From Candidatus Moraniibacteriota bacterium (GTDB lineage: Bacteria > Patescibacteriota > Minisyncoccia > Moranbacterales > UBA1568), in NCBI GenBank assembly GCA_013336285.1, contig JAAXTX010000005.1, forward strand, positions 1-51,123: a stretch of 51,123 bases of DNA. Reading direction: 5' to 3'. The notes beneath the pieces were generated by a model that made no database searches, was not told where the DNA came from, and saw only the letters and a list, made by a program, of their open reading frames with translations. The translations under genes were made by a program, and so were the position numbers. This document shows, one piece after another, positions 34,746-44,539 of the stretch (the first letter of the stretch is position 1; every line of letters starts with the position of its first letter).

Positions 34746-36347
34746 TTATCGGAAAGAAAACGACGGGCCCCGTTTCCGACTCCGTATCACCTCGCCTGAA
34801 CGGGAACCGGACCATACGCCTCCTTCCGCAGCCACCGATCCGTTTACCAGAACAAGTTTGATACCGTCCGGATAGCGGTAGGGATCCTCCATCGTCGCCT
34901 TGTCCGCGATCGTCTCGGGATCGAACACGACTATATCAGCATGAAAACCTTCTTGCAAGAGACCCCGTTCCTGTATAAGGAATTTGGCCGCCGGCTTACC
35001 GGTCATCTTATGAACTGCTTCCTCCCATGAGAGAAGCTTCCTGTCGCGCACATACCGTGAAAAAATTCTCGGGAATGTTCCGAAGTTACGAGGATGAACA
35101 CGGTCACCCGTCGAATCATGCTCCTTCGGATACCCGACACCGTTCGAGCTGATGATAGAAAACGGGTCTTGGATCGCCTTGTCGACATTGCGATCACTCA
35201 GTACTTCGAGTGAGACTATTGCCCGACCTTCGCTCGCCAACAGGATATCCAATACCACTTCTTCCGGAGCGACTCCCTGTGAGTCTGCCATCTCCTTCAC
35301 GGTCTTCTGGGCTACCATACTGGAAAGCGTCGAGACCGAAATCACCATACTCGAGTAATCGTATTCGTTTGCCTTCATGTCGCGGATGACGGACTGTCTG
35401 ACCTTGAAATCCTTGAGACGGTGCAACATCGTTTTCCGACCGCTTTCCGTGACCCAATCCGGGAGTAGCGTGTACAGCACCGAACCGCTCGAGGTGTACG
35501 GATACACATCGAAACTTATATCGAGACCGTCCGTCGCCGCATTCCTTATCGCGAGAAGCGCTTCCTCGAAGAGATGCCAGTTTCGTTTACCGACCGATTT
35601 CAGATGTGAGATATGAAGGGGCACACCCGCTTCCTTGGCGGAAGCGATGGCCTCGCCGACCGCATCAAGCAGATTCTCCCCCTCATCTCTGAGGTAGGTC
35701 GCGTAGACCGCTTTCTCCTTGGCTACGGACCCCAACAGATCCATCAGCTCGTCACGTTCCGCGAGTCGGGCATGCGTATATTTGAGCCCGGTCGACAGAC
35801 CGATGGAACCGTCGCGAAGCGCCTGATCAAGCAGACGTTTCATCTTCTCGATATCCATCTTCTCCGGCTTTTTCGTGGGACTCTTGAGTACGCTGCGACG
35901 GATTGTGCCATGCCCGGTAAGCGTCGCGAAGTTCACCGATAGCGGCCGCTTCTCGATCTCGGCAAGCAACTCACTCATCGCCAACCAGTTGAAGTTGACT
36001 TTTCCCACGTCGGTCCACTTCTGAATCGCGAGGATGTCCTCAGGCTGTGTCAACGGGGCAAGCGACGCCCCTGAGTTCCCTCCGATAATCGTCGTCACTC
36101 CCTGCAGAAGCATACCGGGCAATCCCGGGCTGCGGAACATCTCCCAGTAGGTATCCGAATGATTGTTCACGTCGATGAATCCCGGCGAAACATAGCATCC
36201 GGTCGCGTCGATGACCCGTTCGGCGGTCTCCGATGACAGATCCCCGATCTTCGCGATCTTTTCCTCTTTCACGGCGACATCGGCCTGAAACATCGGAGTT
36301 CCGGATCCGTCTATCACAGTGCCGTTCTTGATGAGGATATCGTACAT
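34746..36347 (-). CDS. Amidohydrolase-superfamily protein, N-acyl-D-amino-acid deacylase (D-aminoacylase)-like
   Basis: MYDILIKNGTVIDGSG...ADVAVKEEKIAKIGD...GFIDVNNHSD and C-terminal GLLQEGFHADIVVFDP...GIKLVLVNG fit the D-aminoacylase layout. The first His of the HxH metal motif is Asn. Confidence 0.7.
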   Translation of the reverse strand: MYDILIKNGTVIDGSGTPMFQADVAVKEEKIAKIGDLSSETAERVIDATGCYVSPGFIDVNNHSDTYWEMFRSPGLPGMLLQGVTTIIGGNSGASLAPLTQPEDILAIQKWTDVGKVNFNWLAMSELLAEIEKRPLSVNFATLTGHGTIRRSVLKSPTKKPEKMDIEKMKRLLDQALRDGSIGLSTGLKYTHARLAERDELMDLLGSVAKEKAVYATYLRDEGENLLDAVGEAIASAKEAGVPLHISHLKSVGKRNWHLFEEALLAIRNAATDGLDISFDVYPYTSSGSVLYTLLPDWVTESGRKTMLHRLKDFKVRQSVIRDMKANEYDYSSMVISVSTLSSMVAQKTVKEMADSQGVAPEEVVLDILLASEGRAIVSLEVLSDRNVDKAIQDPFSIISSNGVGYPKEHDSTGDRVHPRNFGTFPRIFSRYVRDRKLLSWEEAVHKMTGKPAAKFLIQERGLLQEGFHADIVVFDPETIADKATMEDPYRYPDGIKLVLVNGSVAAEGGVWSGSRSGEVIRSRKRGPSFSFR

Positions 36348-36392
36348 AGGATGCGAAGTGGAAAGTGAAACAAGAAATCGGTCACGAAGAAA

Positions 36393-37391
36393 TCAGATTT
36401 CCTCCGCGAGTTCGACGAGGCGATTCGAATACCCCCATTCATTGTCGTACCATGCCATGACCTTCACGAGATCGCCGTCCACGACCTTGGTGAGCGAGAG
36501 ATCGACGATACTCGAGTAAGGATTACCGATGAAATCCGACGAGACGAGCGGCTCGCGCGTGACGGCAAGCGCCCTGGAATATTCCTTGTCACGGCTCGCT
36601 TCCTCGATTACGGCATTCACCTCCTCGGCGGTCGTCTTCTTTCCGACCAGGAACGTGAAGTCGGTCAGCGATGCGACGATGGTAGGCACACGGACAGCGA
36701 GTCCGTCGAATTTTCCGTCTATTTCCGGCATAAGACGACTGACCGAGATAGCGGCTCCGGTCGTGGTCGGCACGATATTCTGAGCGGCTGCGCGAGCACG
36801 ACGAAGATCTTTGTGCGGCCCGTCTTCCAAATTCTGGTCGGCAGTGTAGGAATGAATGGTCGTCATCATCGCTTTCACGATACCGAACTTCGCCGCGATG
36901 ATCTTCGCGACCGGCGCGATACAATTGGTGGTGCACGACGCGTTAGAGACGATCGGCTCGCCCTTATACTCGCGATCGTTCACGCCGATGAGATAAGTCG
37001 GGATCTCGTTCTCCCCTTTCGGTGGCGCCGACAGAACGACTTTCTTCGCTCCTGCCGTGAGGTGCTGGCCGGCGGAATCCCCATCAACGAACCGGCCCGT
37101 GCACTCGAGTACGACATCGACGCCGAGATCTTTCCAGGGAAGTTTCTTGGGATCCGGTTCGGCATAGACGGGATAACGTTTCCCATCGACGACAATCGCG
37201 CCTTTCTCAGGGGACACCGTACGACGATACATCCCGTACGTGGTATCGTATTTAAGCAGGTGCGCGAGCGTTTCGGCGTCGGTAAGATCATTGATCGCGA
37301 CGATCTCGGTCCCCTTCCGCTCAAGCGCGATCTTGAATGCGGCCCGTCCGATCCGACCGAATCCGTTGATGGCTATCCGTTTCTTTTCCAT
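36393..37391 (-). CDS. gap: Glyceraldehyde-3-phosphate dehydrogenase
   Basis: IAINGFGRIGR, SNASCTTNC, WYDNEWGYS. Confidence 0.96.
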   Translation of the reverse strand: MEKKRIAINGFGRIGRAAFKIALERKGTEIVAINDLTDAETLAHLLKYDTTYGMYRRTVSPEKGAIVVDGKRYPVYAEPDPKKLPWKDLGVDVVLECTGRFVDGDSAGQHLTAGAKKVVLSAPPKGENEIPTYLIGVNDREYKGEPIVSNASCTTNCIAPVAKIIAAKFGIVKAMMTTIHSYTADQNLEDGPHKDLRRARAAAQNIVPTTTGAAISVSRLMPEIDGKFDGLAVRVPTIVASLTDFTFLVGKKTTAEEVNAVIEEASRDKEYSRALAVTREPLVSSDFIGNPYSSIVDLSLTKVVDGDLVKVMAWYDNEWGYSNRLVELAEEI

Positions 37392-37404
37392 ATTTTTTTC
37401 GTTC

Positions 37405-38316
37405 TTACCCGTTGTTTATGACTTCCGCCTTTCCGTCGCTCCGATATAATCTGATTTTTCCCTTCACCGCTTCCCGTACCGCATGCATCGCGGGTTCGAG
37501 TACACTTCTGATATCCGTCTTATCCCCTTCACCGATCACCTTGGTCAATTCGCCCACGAATGCGAGCTTTATGGCTGTGTCGACATTGAAACACGCGATG
37601 CCGATGCCGGAGACTTTTTCCGCACGACCGTCCTCCCAGTCGGATGCCCCGTGCAGAACGAGCGGAACGGAAACCTTCTCCACGATCCTCTTGAGACGAT
37701 CATAATCCGGCTCCGGACGTTCGGCGGCGAATCCGTGAGCGTTACCTATGGCCACTGCAAGGGTATCGATCCCCGTCTCCTCAACATAACGGGCGGCCTC
37801 ATCGGGATCGGTCATATAGTCATCCCAATCGACAACGCCGTGCACCTCGGCAAGATACGGCACGTTCCCGAGCTCCCCCTGAACGGAAACTCCCCTTTCA
37901 TGCGCATACTCCGCGACCTTCCGGGTCGTCCGTACATTGTCGGCGAACGTGTGCCGGGATCCGTCGTACATTACCGAAGGAAAACCTATATCGATGGCGT
38001 GTTCAACGATTTCGAAACTCTTGCCGTGATCGAGATGTATCCCGACCGGAATATCACGATGATAGAATTCGGCAAGATTACTGACAAGTTGAAACAACGC
38101 CCTTCCACCGGCATAGTCCATCGTCTTCTCGGTGATCTGGATGATGACCGGTGACGAAAGTTCTTCCGCCGCGTCCAGAATCGCTCGGGTCGTCTCGAGA
38201 TTGACCGTATTGAAAGCTCCGACGGCATAACCTCCTTCTCTCGCTCTTTCCAGAAGTATCTTCGTATTCAATATCATAGTATCGTTCGATCCCTCCGAAT
38301 TAATCCCTCCCGACAT
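37405..38316 (-). CDS. fba: Class II fructose-bisphosphate aldolase
   Basis: LLERAREGGYAVGAFNTVNLE, HLDHG, LVLHGASD. The alternative start MILNTK at 38277 is equally plausible. Confidence 0.9.
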   Translation of the reverse strand: MSGGINSEGSNDTMILNTKILLERAREGGYAVGAFNTVNLETTRAILDAAEELSSPVIIQITEKTMDYAGGRALFQLVSNLAEFYHRDIPVGIHLDHGKSFEIVEHAIDIGFPSVMYDGSRHTFADNVRTTRKVAEYAHERGVSVQGELGNVPYLAEVHGVVDWDDYMTDPDEAARYVEETGIDTLAVAIGNAHGFAAERPEPDYDRLKRIVEKVSVPLVLHGASDWEDGRAEKVSGIGIACFNVDTAIKLAFVGELTKVIGEGDKTDIRSVLEPAMHAVREAVKGKIRLYRSDGKAEVINNG

Positions 38317-38325
38317 TCACTCCCT

Positions 38326-39108
38326 TCACTTCTGTGCATCCGGTCTGTAAGCGTCGATGATTTCCGACATCATCGCCAATTCATGCGGTTGGAGACTTTC
38401 CCTTCCCACCAGCACTCCGTCCATCGACGGTGCGAAACAGACTTTTTCAAGAAGCGGCACCTTCACGGATCCACCGTACAGGATCGGTATCCTGTCCGCC
38501 GTTTCCGGACCATACAGTACGCTGATCGCCTGACGGATAACGGCTCTCGCCTCAAGAATTTCGTCGGTCTCCGGAGTCCGATCGGTTCCGATCGCCCACC
38601 TGGGTTCGTATGCTATTATCACCTTTTCGGCTTCCGCGGATGATACGTCGCGAAAAGCTTCGGTGACCTGTCCCGAAACGGCCGCTACCACCCCCCCCTG
38701 TTCACGATCCTCGGCCGTTTCCCCAACGCACAATATGGGACGCAAATCCTCTTTTAAGGAGGCCCTTACTTTCCATCCGACTTCCGCATCGGTCTCGTGC
38801 GCGTAGAGGCGTCGTTCACTGTGCCCGACGAGGACGAACCCGACCCGAAGGTCACGCAACATACATGGGGAAACCTGTCCGGTATACGATCCCTCTTCTT
38901 CCCAGAAAACATCCTGTGCGGCAAGAGAAACCCCGACCGGAAGACTTCTGCCGAACCGTTCGAGATAAACGGACGGCGGTGCGACGATCGTTTCGGTTCC
39001 TTTGAGATCCTTACCGGACATCTCCTTCCCGAATGCTTTAAGATATCCTTCAGCCTGTTCGAAAGAGACCGGGTTCATTTTCAGATTTCCGACGAGATAT
39101 CGTTTCAT
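38326..39108 (-). CDS. tpiA: Triosephosphate isomerase
   Basis: VGNLKMN, VLVGHSERR, IAYEPRWAIGT, ILYGGSV. Confidence 0.95.
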   Translation of the reverse strand: MKRYLVGNLKMNPVSFEQAEGYLKAFGKEMSGKDLKGTETIVAPPSVYLERFGRSLPVGVSLAAQDVFWEEEGSYTGQVSPCMLRDLRVGFVLVGHSERRLYAHETDAEVGWKVRASLKEDLRPILCVGETAEDREQGGVVAAVSGQVTEAFRDVSSAEAEKVIIAYEPRWAIGTDRTPETDEILEARAVIRQAISVLYGPETADRIPILYGGSVKVPLLEKVCFAPSMDGVLVGRESLQPHELAMMSEIIDAYRPDAQK

Positions 39109-39135
39109 AATACGCGATTCGGGATAGGTACGAGA

Positions 39136-40209
39136 TCAGGATTCTATGTATCCCCGAAGATATTCGGCCGCGACTTCCGGTTGTATCGTCGAAACCTCGA
39201 CTCCTGTCGAAAGTTCGAACCCGGCCCAGACGGCGGTCTTCGGCAGGATCTCGATATGCCAACGGTAATACGGGTAATCTTTGCCGTCACACGGCGCGGT
39301 ATTGAGATAGAAATTGTACGGCGGATCGCCGAGTCCCTTCTTTATCGCGGAAAGGGTCTGCTGCAAGGCTTCAGCGAGAGAGAGCTTCTCCTCGTTCGTG
39401 ATACGTTCGAAATAAGGATTCGCGGATTTCTTCGGAATGATCCATGTCTCAAACGCTACACGGGACGCAAACGGACAGAACGCGAAGAAATGTTCGTTCT
39501 CGAACACGAACCTCGTGCGGGTTTCCGCCTCATAGTCGAGGATGGTCTGGAACACGTTCGAGCGATGATTCTTTCGATACAGTTCGGCGCCGCGGAGCTG
39601 AAGATCGATGTACGGCGAAATGATCGGAATCGCCATCAGTTGGGAATGCGGATGCGGTATGGATGCGCCCGCTTCCTTGCCGTGATTATGGAATATCTGT
39701 ACGTATTTCACGCTCTTCCTCGTCATGAGCGAAAGATAGCGATCCTGGTAGGCATCGATCACTTCGGCTACCTGCCAAAGTGGAAGGTCGGCGATGGACC
39801 GTCGAGAATCCCGGGTGATGATGACTTCGTGAAAGCCGACACCGCTCATCGCGAAATACGGCCCTTCGGAAAGATCATGCGGCACCCGTCCGTTCGTGAA
39901 CGCGGGATACAGATTCGGGATGACGGCGAGACTCCATTCACCGTCCGACCGACGATAGATCAGCACGGGTTCCTTCTGTCCGCTCGCCTGTAGGTCGGAG
40001 AACGGATCGGGAGCGTTACGATCGTTCTGAATCCGTTCCTGCGAAGCGAACTCGTCCGGGCGTTTCGCCCGACCGGTCGCGATAACGACCCAGTCTCCCG
40101 TTATGATGTCTTGCCGAAGCTCGGACTCCGTTTCACGGGATTCCTTCGGCTTCTTCGGCACATCCGACGTAGCCTTTTCCGTCTTTTTTTCGATCACTTC
40201 TATTTTCAC
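39136..40209 (-). CDS. galT: Galactose-1-phosphate uridylyltransferase family (HIT superfamily) protein
   Basis: RPDEF, FHEVII, NHGKEAGASIPHPHSQLMA (HxHxQ nucleotidyl-transfer motif). Confidence 0.8.
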   Translation of the reverse strand: MKIEVIEKKTEKATSDVPKKPKESRETESELRQDIITGDWVVIATGRAKRPDEFASQERIQNDRNAPDPFSDLQASGQKEPVLIYRRSDGEWSLAVIPNLYPAFTNGRVPHDLSEGPYFAMSGVGFHEVIITRDSRRSIADLPLWQVAEVIDAYQDRYLSLMTRKSVKYVQIFHNHGKEAGASIPHPHSQLMAIPIISPYIDLQLRGAELYRKNHRSNVFQTILDYEAETRTRFVFENEHFFAFCPFASRVAFETWIIPKKSANPYFERITNEEKLSLAEALQQTLSAIKKGLGDPPYNFYLNTAPCDGKDYPYYRWHIEILPKTAVWAGFELSTGVEVSTIQPEVAAEYLRGYIES

Positions 40210-40252
40210 GGCTTTTTGTATTCCCTCCTTTTATATCCGTCTCCGGCCCGAC

Positions 40253-41011
40253 TCACAGTTTCTCTTTCAACCGGTACGCCCCGGTACTCAGTCGTACCCG
40301 AGTCTTCCAGAGGTCGATCAACACCTGAGTGAATCCGTTCTTGCCGGTAAGCGATACGGTAGACCCTTCCTCGTTCATCCAACGGACCGGCATCTGAGCG
40401 ACCTTGAAACCGAGTTTCTTTGCAAGCACGATGAGTTCGAAATCGAAACCGAACCGGTCCACGACCATTCGTTTCGCGACCGCGTCGGCCGCCTCTCCCG
40501 TAAGCGCCTTGAAACCGCACTGTGTATCCGGAAACCGCCAAAGGCCGAGCACGATCCGAATAAGCCAGTTTCCCATATTTCCCATGACTTCACGATATTT
40601 CGGCTGATGAACCTGGATGAACGAATCGGAAAGATCCCGGGAACCGATGACGACCGAATACCCTTTCTCGAATTCCGGCGCGAACGAATCCCAATGCGTG
40701 ACGGAAGTGGATCCGTCCGCGTCCATGAAGATACGGAATTTCCCCTTCGCCTCAAGCAGACCTTGCCTGACGACATATCCCTTCCCATGATTCTCAAGAT
40801 TCTCGATCACGCGTAGATTCGCGACCTGGTGCGAGTAGTTCCGACTCACCTCGGCGGTATTGTCCGGCGATCCGTCCACGACGACGATAATCTCGTAGGA
40901 AAAATCCTTTGCCTTCAGATATTTGTCGATCTCGAGCAGATTCCGCCCGATCCTCTCCCCCTCCTTGTATGCCGGTATGACGACCGAGAGGTATGGTCCG
41001 TTCTCTTCCAT
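40253..41011 (-). CDS. GT2 polyprenyl-phosphate sugar synthase-like glycosyltransferase (Dpm1/dolichyl-P-glucose synthase type)
   Basis: LSVVIPAYKEGERI, VVDGSPDNT, IFMDADGST. A short 252-aa soluble GT2. Confidence 0.8.
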   Translation of the reverse strand: MEENGPYLSVVIPAYKEGERIGRNLLEIDKYLKAKDFSYEIIVVVDGSPDNTAEVSRNYSHQVANLRVIENLENHGKGYVVRQGLLEAKGKFRIFMDADGSTSVTHWDSFAPEFEKGYSVVIGSRDLSDSFIQVHQPKYREVMGNMGNWLIRIVLGLWRFPDTQCGFKALTGEAADAVAKRMVVDRFGFDFELIVLAKKLGFKVAQMPVRWMNEEGSTVSLTGKNGFTQVLIDLWKTRVRLSTGAYRLKEKL

Positions 41012-41090
41012 AGATGAAAATAGAGGTATTATCCTATCGGCATTGTACCAGAAAAGCTTCTATCCTGAAAATACCGCTGACTGAAAATCG

Positions 41091-42083
41091 TTATGCCGGC
41101 ATGTCGGGAATAAGCCGGGACACGATCTGATCAAGCTCTTCATCGGAATAGTATTCGACGACGATCCGACCTCCCTTTCCTGCAGGCTTGACCGCGACCT
41201 TGGTTCCGAGAACGGCCGACATCCGATCAGCTTTCTCGACGAGTGCCGGAGAAAGTGACGACCCGTGACGGATATGGGAACGAACGACCGTTTCCCGGAC
41301 CTTCGCTTCCGTGGCACGGACAGTGAGTCCGAGTTTCACGATGAGTTCAAACAGCGCCCGTTGCTTCTCCGGATTATCGACGGAGAGCAGCGCCTTCGCG
41401 TGACCTTCCGAGATCTTTCCCTCGGCAACGGCACGTTGGATCTCCACGGGCAACACCAGCATACGGACGATATTCGCGACCGCACTCCGACTCTTCCCCA
41501 TCTTCTTCGCGACCTCTTCCTGGATCAAACCGAATTCATCCATGAGTCGCGCGTATGCTTTGGCTTCTTCTATCGGGTTAAGATCGTGACGCTGAACGTT
41601 CTCAATGATGGCAAGTTCGAGCTTTTCCTGTTCTTCCGCATCCCGGACAATGACGGGAACCTTCGACAGACCGGCCAACTTTGACGCCTGGAGCCGTCTT
41701 TCACCCGCGATAAGTTCATATTTTCCACCCGGCTTCGGTGAAACGACAAGTGCCTGAATCACTCCATGTTCGCGGATGGAATCGGCAAGCTCCCTGAGCT
41801 TCCCTTCATCGAAATGGAACCGTGGCTGATGCGGATTCGGCACGATGTCGGCGACCGGAACCTCTCTCATTCCGGATGACATCGTTTCGGATACCGTTGA
41901 CGCGACAGGAGGAGCCACAGGCGCGGACGGCTCGGATACCGCCGATTTCAAGGTCTGGGATAAGTCGACGCCTTGTGCTTCCATGGCCTTGATCGTCATA
42001 TCCCGAAACGGCGAATCCTTATCATCTTTCTTCGGAGGTATGAGTGACGAGAGTCCTCGCCCGAGTCCGTGTTGTTGTGCCAT
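41091..42083 (-). CDS. parB: Chromosome partitioning protein ParB
   Basis: GLGRGLSSLIP, ELIAGERRLQASKLAG, HTH region SQEEVAKKMGKSRSAVANIVRML. Confidence 0.93.
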   Translation of the reverse strand: MAQQHGLGRGLSSLIPPKKDDKDSPFRDMTIKAMEAQGVDLSQTLKSAVSEPSAPVAPPVASTVSETMSSGMREVPVADIVPNPHQPRFHFDEGKLRELADSIREHGVIQALVVSPKPGGKYELIAGERRLQASKLAGLSKVPVIVRDAEEQEKLELAIIENVQRHDLNPIEEAKAYARLMDEFGLIQEEVAKKMGKSRSAVANIVRMLVLPVEIQRAVAEGKISEGHAKALLSVDNPEKQRALFELIVKLGLTVRATEAKVRETVVRSHIRHGSSLSPALVEKADRMSAVLGTKVAVKPAGKGGRIVVEYYSDEELDQIVSRLIPDMPA

Positions 42084-42107
42084 AAGACAAGAATCAAGGA
42101 TGAGGAA

Positions 42108-42878
42108 TCACGCTTTCTTTTCCGTTTCCACTATTTCCCTCGCTACGGACTTGTATGCCCTGGCGCCCTTCGAGAACGCGTCGAAGTCGAGGATGGACTT
42201 TCCATAACTCGGCGCTTCCGCGAGACGGACGGATCGCGGGATGACCGTCTCGAAGACCGGGCCGGGAAAATGCGCCCTGACCTCGTTCACCACCTGCTGT
42301 GCGAGTCGGTTCCGTCGGTCGAACAAAGTCAAAAGAGCGCCCATGATCTTGAGGTTCGGCTGAAGCCGCTCACGGACCAGTTCGATGGTACCGAGCAGCT
42401 GCGAGAGTCCCTCAAGCGCGTAGTATTCCGTTTGGACCGGAATGACAACCTCGTCGCTCGCGACAAGCCCGTTCACGGTTAGGAGTCCGAGGCTTGGCGG
42501 ACTGTCGATGAGAATATAGTCATAGAATGAACGAAGCGGCCGGAGAACGGTATACAGACGGAATTCCCTCGCGTCGATATGTACCATCTCGATTTCCGCG
42601 CCGGCGAGATCTTGGGCCGCGGGAATGATATGCAGACGCGGTACGTTGGTCGAAAGCACGATTTCCTGTGATGAGAGCGTCCCGATCATGGCATGATACA
42701 GGTTTTTCTCGATACCACGTGGATCGATACCGAGACCCGACGAGGCGTTCCCTTGCGGATCGAGGTCGACCAATAACACTCTCTTCCCAAGATCCGCCAG
42801 ACTGCGGGCGACATTGATGGTCGAGGTGGTCTTTCCCACGCCACCTTTCTGATTCACGAATGCGACGATTTTTGCCAT
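42108..42878 (-). CDS. parA: Chromosome partitioning ATPase ParA/Soj
   Basis: Start reset to MAKIVAFVNQKGGVGKTT (deviant Walker A). DLDPQGNAS, ILIDSPPSLG. Confidence 0.93.
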   Translation of the reverse strand: MAKIVAFVNQKGGVGKTTSTINVARSLADLGKRVLLVDLDPQGNASSGLGIDPRGIEKNLYHAMIGTLSSQEIVLSTNVPRLHIIPAAQDLAGAEIEMVHIDAREFRLYTVLRPLRSFYDYILIDSPPSLGLLTVNGLVASDEVVIPVQTEYYALEGLSQLLGTIELVRERLQPNLKIMGALLTLFDRRNRLAQQVVNEVRAHFPGPVFETVIPRSVRLAEAPSYGKSILDFDAFSKGARAYKSVAREIVETEKKA

Positions 42879-43095
42879 ATCGGTTTCCAGTGAACAGAAA
42901 ACGGCTAACATACAGCCCGCCCCGAGACGATCAAAACCGATAGTCTCAGAAATGACTGCTCTGACCGTATTCTTTATTCCCCTGTTTTTCGTTATCTGTT
43001 CGTTGTTATCTGTCCTTCCCATTATATTCCATTGACACTCTCTTTTCAATTGCCTATCCTTGGCCTATACGAGGCTATGAGAAACGGCCTCGAAT

Positions 43096-43179
43096 GCCGC
43101 GGTGGTGGAACTGGTAGACACACGGGACTCAAAATCCCGCGATAGCGATATCATGAGAGTTCGAGTCTCTCCCGCGGTA
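43096..43179 (+). tRNA. tRNA-Leu (anticodon CAA)
   Basis: Acceptor GCCGCGG/CCGCGGT (G1-U72 wobble), D arm GTGGAACTGGTAGACAC, anticodon arm CGGGA-CTCAAAA-TCCCG (CAA at 43130-43132), long variable arm, T arm GAGAG-TTCGAGT-CTCTC, discriminator A. Confidence 0.9.
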
Positions 43180-43187
43180 CCGGACAT

Positions 43188-43216
43188 GAAAAAGACGCCC
43201 TCAGGGCGTCTTTTTC
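43188..43216. terminator. Bidirectional terminator after tRNA-Leu
   Basis: GAAAAAGACGCCC-tca-GGGCGTCTTTTTC. A 13-bp stem. Confidence 0.85.
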
Positions 43217-43394
43217 ATAGGCATGCGAAACCTATCGGATATCGACTACTTTTTGACTTCCCTCTCAAGTCATCACGTCATGTCGTTTCTTCGTCGTATA
43301 TCGCCCGACTGCCTTCAAGTATCAAAGCGGCCTGGATAGAAATGAATCAGGGATTCCTTCTAAGTACCTACCGGAATCTTCTCTCCACAAGTTA

Positions 43395-43423
43395 TTGACT
43401 TTATTAATATATCATGTTATAAT
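43395..43423 (+). promoter_or_regulatory. Consensus sigma70 promoter of the oxidoreductase gene
   Basis: TTGACT (43395-43400), 17-nt AT-rich spacer, TATAAT (43418-43423). Confidence 0.7.
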
Positions 43424-43479
43424 CTTTTTTCGTTCATTAAGTACCATCTTACAAAACCGATTAACACCAGGAGGTATCC

Positions 43480-44448
43480 ATGCTGGAAATTCCATACGGA
43501 GTATGGGGATGCGGCGGACACGCCGTCGATGCACATTGTGTCCACAACAAAGAGGTTCCGAAGATGATCCTCGCCGGGGTGTGTGACACGAACGCATCCG
43601 CGATGAAACGGTACTGCCAAAACTATGGATCGGACGTTCCGCGGTTCAAAAATCATTACGACCTGCTCAGAAGCGGGATAAAGGCGGTATTGATCGCGAC
43701 ACCCGACAGATTCCATCCCGATCATCTTCGGGAGGCGCTCGTTGCAGGACTCCATGTCATGATCGAGAAACCGTTGGCGATCGACAAACGTGGCTATTTT
43801 GAAATCGTCGAGGGGCTACGATACGCTCGCACCAGAAATCTGGTCGTGACCAGTTGCCATCCACGACGGTTCGATCCGCCTTTCGTATGGCTCAAAAACA
43901 GTCTTCCATCACTTACGGATAGACTCGGTCCCGTACTCGGATTCCATTACGACTTCGTGTACCACAAGCCGAGCATGGGGTGGAAAACGAGAAGGAGTCT
44001 CATGTTGGACCATGCCGGCCACGAAATCGACCTGGTCTCGTTCCTTTTCGGCAGGATTCCCTTCAGCGCGGAATCGCACGACGACTCGTTCGACCGTTAT
44101 CTGGTGACCGGACAACGCAAGGACGGGATACGCTTCAGCTTTCACGGCACCAGAAGGATGGAAGAGCGAGTGTTCCTCGAATGGATGACGGTCCGGTTTG
44201 AATTCGGATCGGTAACGGTCAATACCGAGACCGGCATCGCGACCGTCGAGAATACGCGCTCGAACAAGATATCACAAAGAAAGTGCGGGGCCACCGATTA
44301 CCGGATCCGTTCCGTCGGTGTCATACGGAATTTCGCCGACACGATTACCGGGGCGAAACCGAACTATCTAACCCCCGAGGATCTGGAGCTCAATAACAGT
44401 CTGGGTATCTGGCTCCGTGAAAACGGAAGCTATACCTATTCGGGATAG
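43480..44448 (+). CDS. Gfo/Idh/MocA-family NAD(P)-dependent oxidoreductase
   Basis: AGGAGG SD. N-terminal dinucleotide fold YGVWGCGGHA, VLIATPDRFH, MIEKPLA (EKP motif). Confidence 0.75.
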   Translation: MLEIPYGVWGCGGHAVDAHCVHNKEVPKMILAGVCDTNASAMKRYCQNYGSDVPRFKNHYDLLRSGIKAVLIATPDRFHPDHLREALVAGLHVMIEKPLAIDKRGYFEIVEGLRYARTRNLVVTSCHPRRFDPPFVWLKNSLPSLTDRLGPVLGFHYDFVYHKPSMGWKTRRSLMLDHAGHEIDLVSFLFGRIPFSAESHDDSFDRYLVTGQRKDGIRFSFHGTRRMEERVFLEWMTVRFEFGSVTVNTETGIATVENTRSNKISQRKCGATDYRIRSVGVIRNFADTITGAKPNYLTPEDLELNNSLGIWLRENGSYTYSG

Positions 44449-44482
44449 AATTAAACCTGAAATCCGTCCCAGATTCCGAAAA

Positions 44483-44519
44483 TTCCCCGATGCACAAGCG
44501 CGTCGGGGAACTTTTTTTT
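44483..44519 (+). terminator. Rho-independent terminator
   Basis: TTCCCCGA-(12-nt loop)-TCGGGGAA followed by CTTTTTTTT. Confidence 0.75.
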
Positions 44520-44539
44520 CGGGAATGTCGAAATTATTA

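Noticed and set aside
43102-43398. A 98-aa ORF overlapping tRNA-Leu and its terminator.
   Set aside because: It is translated straight through a canonical tRNA and a 13-bp terminator stem, so it is an artefact.
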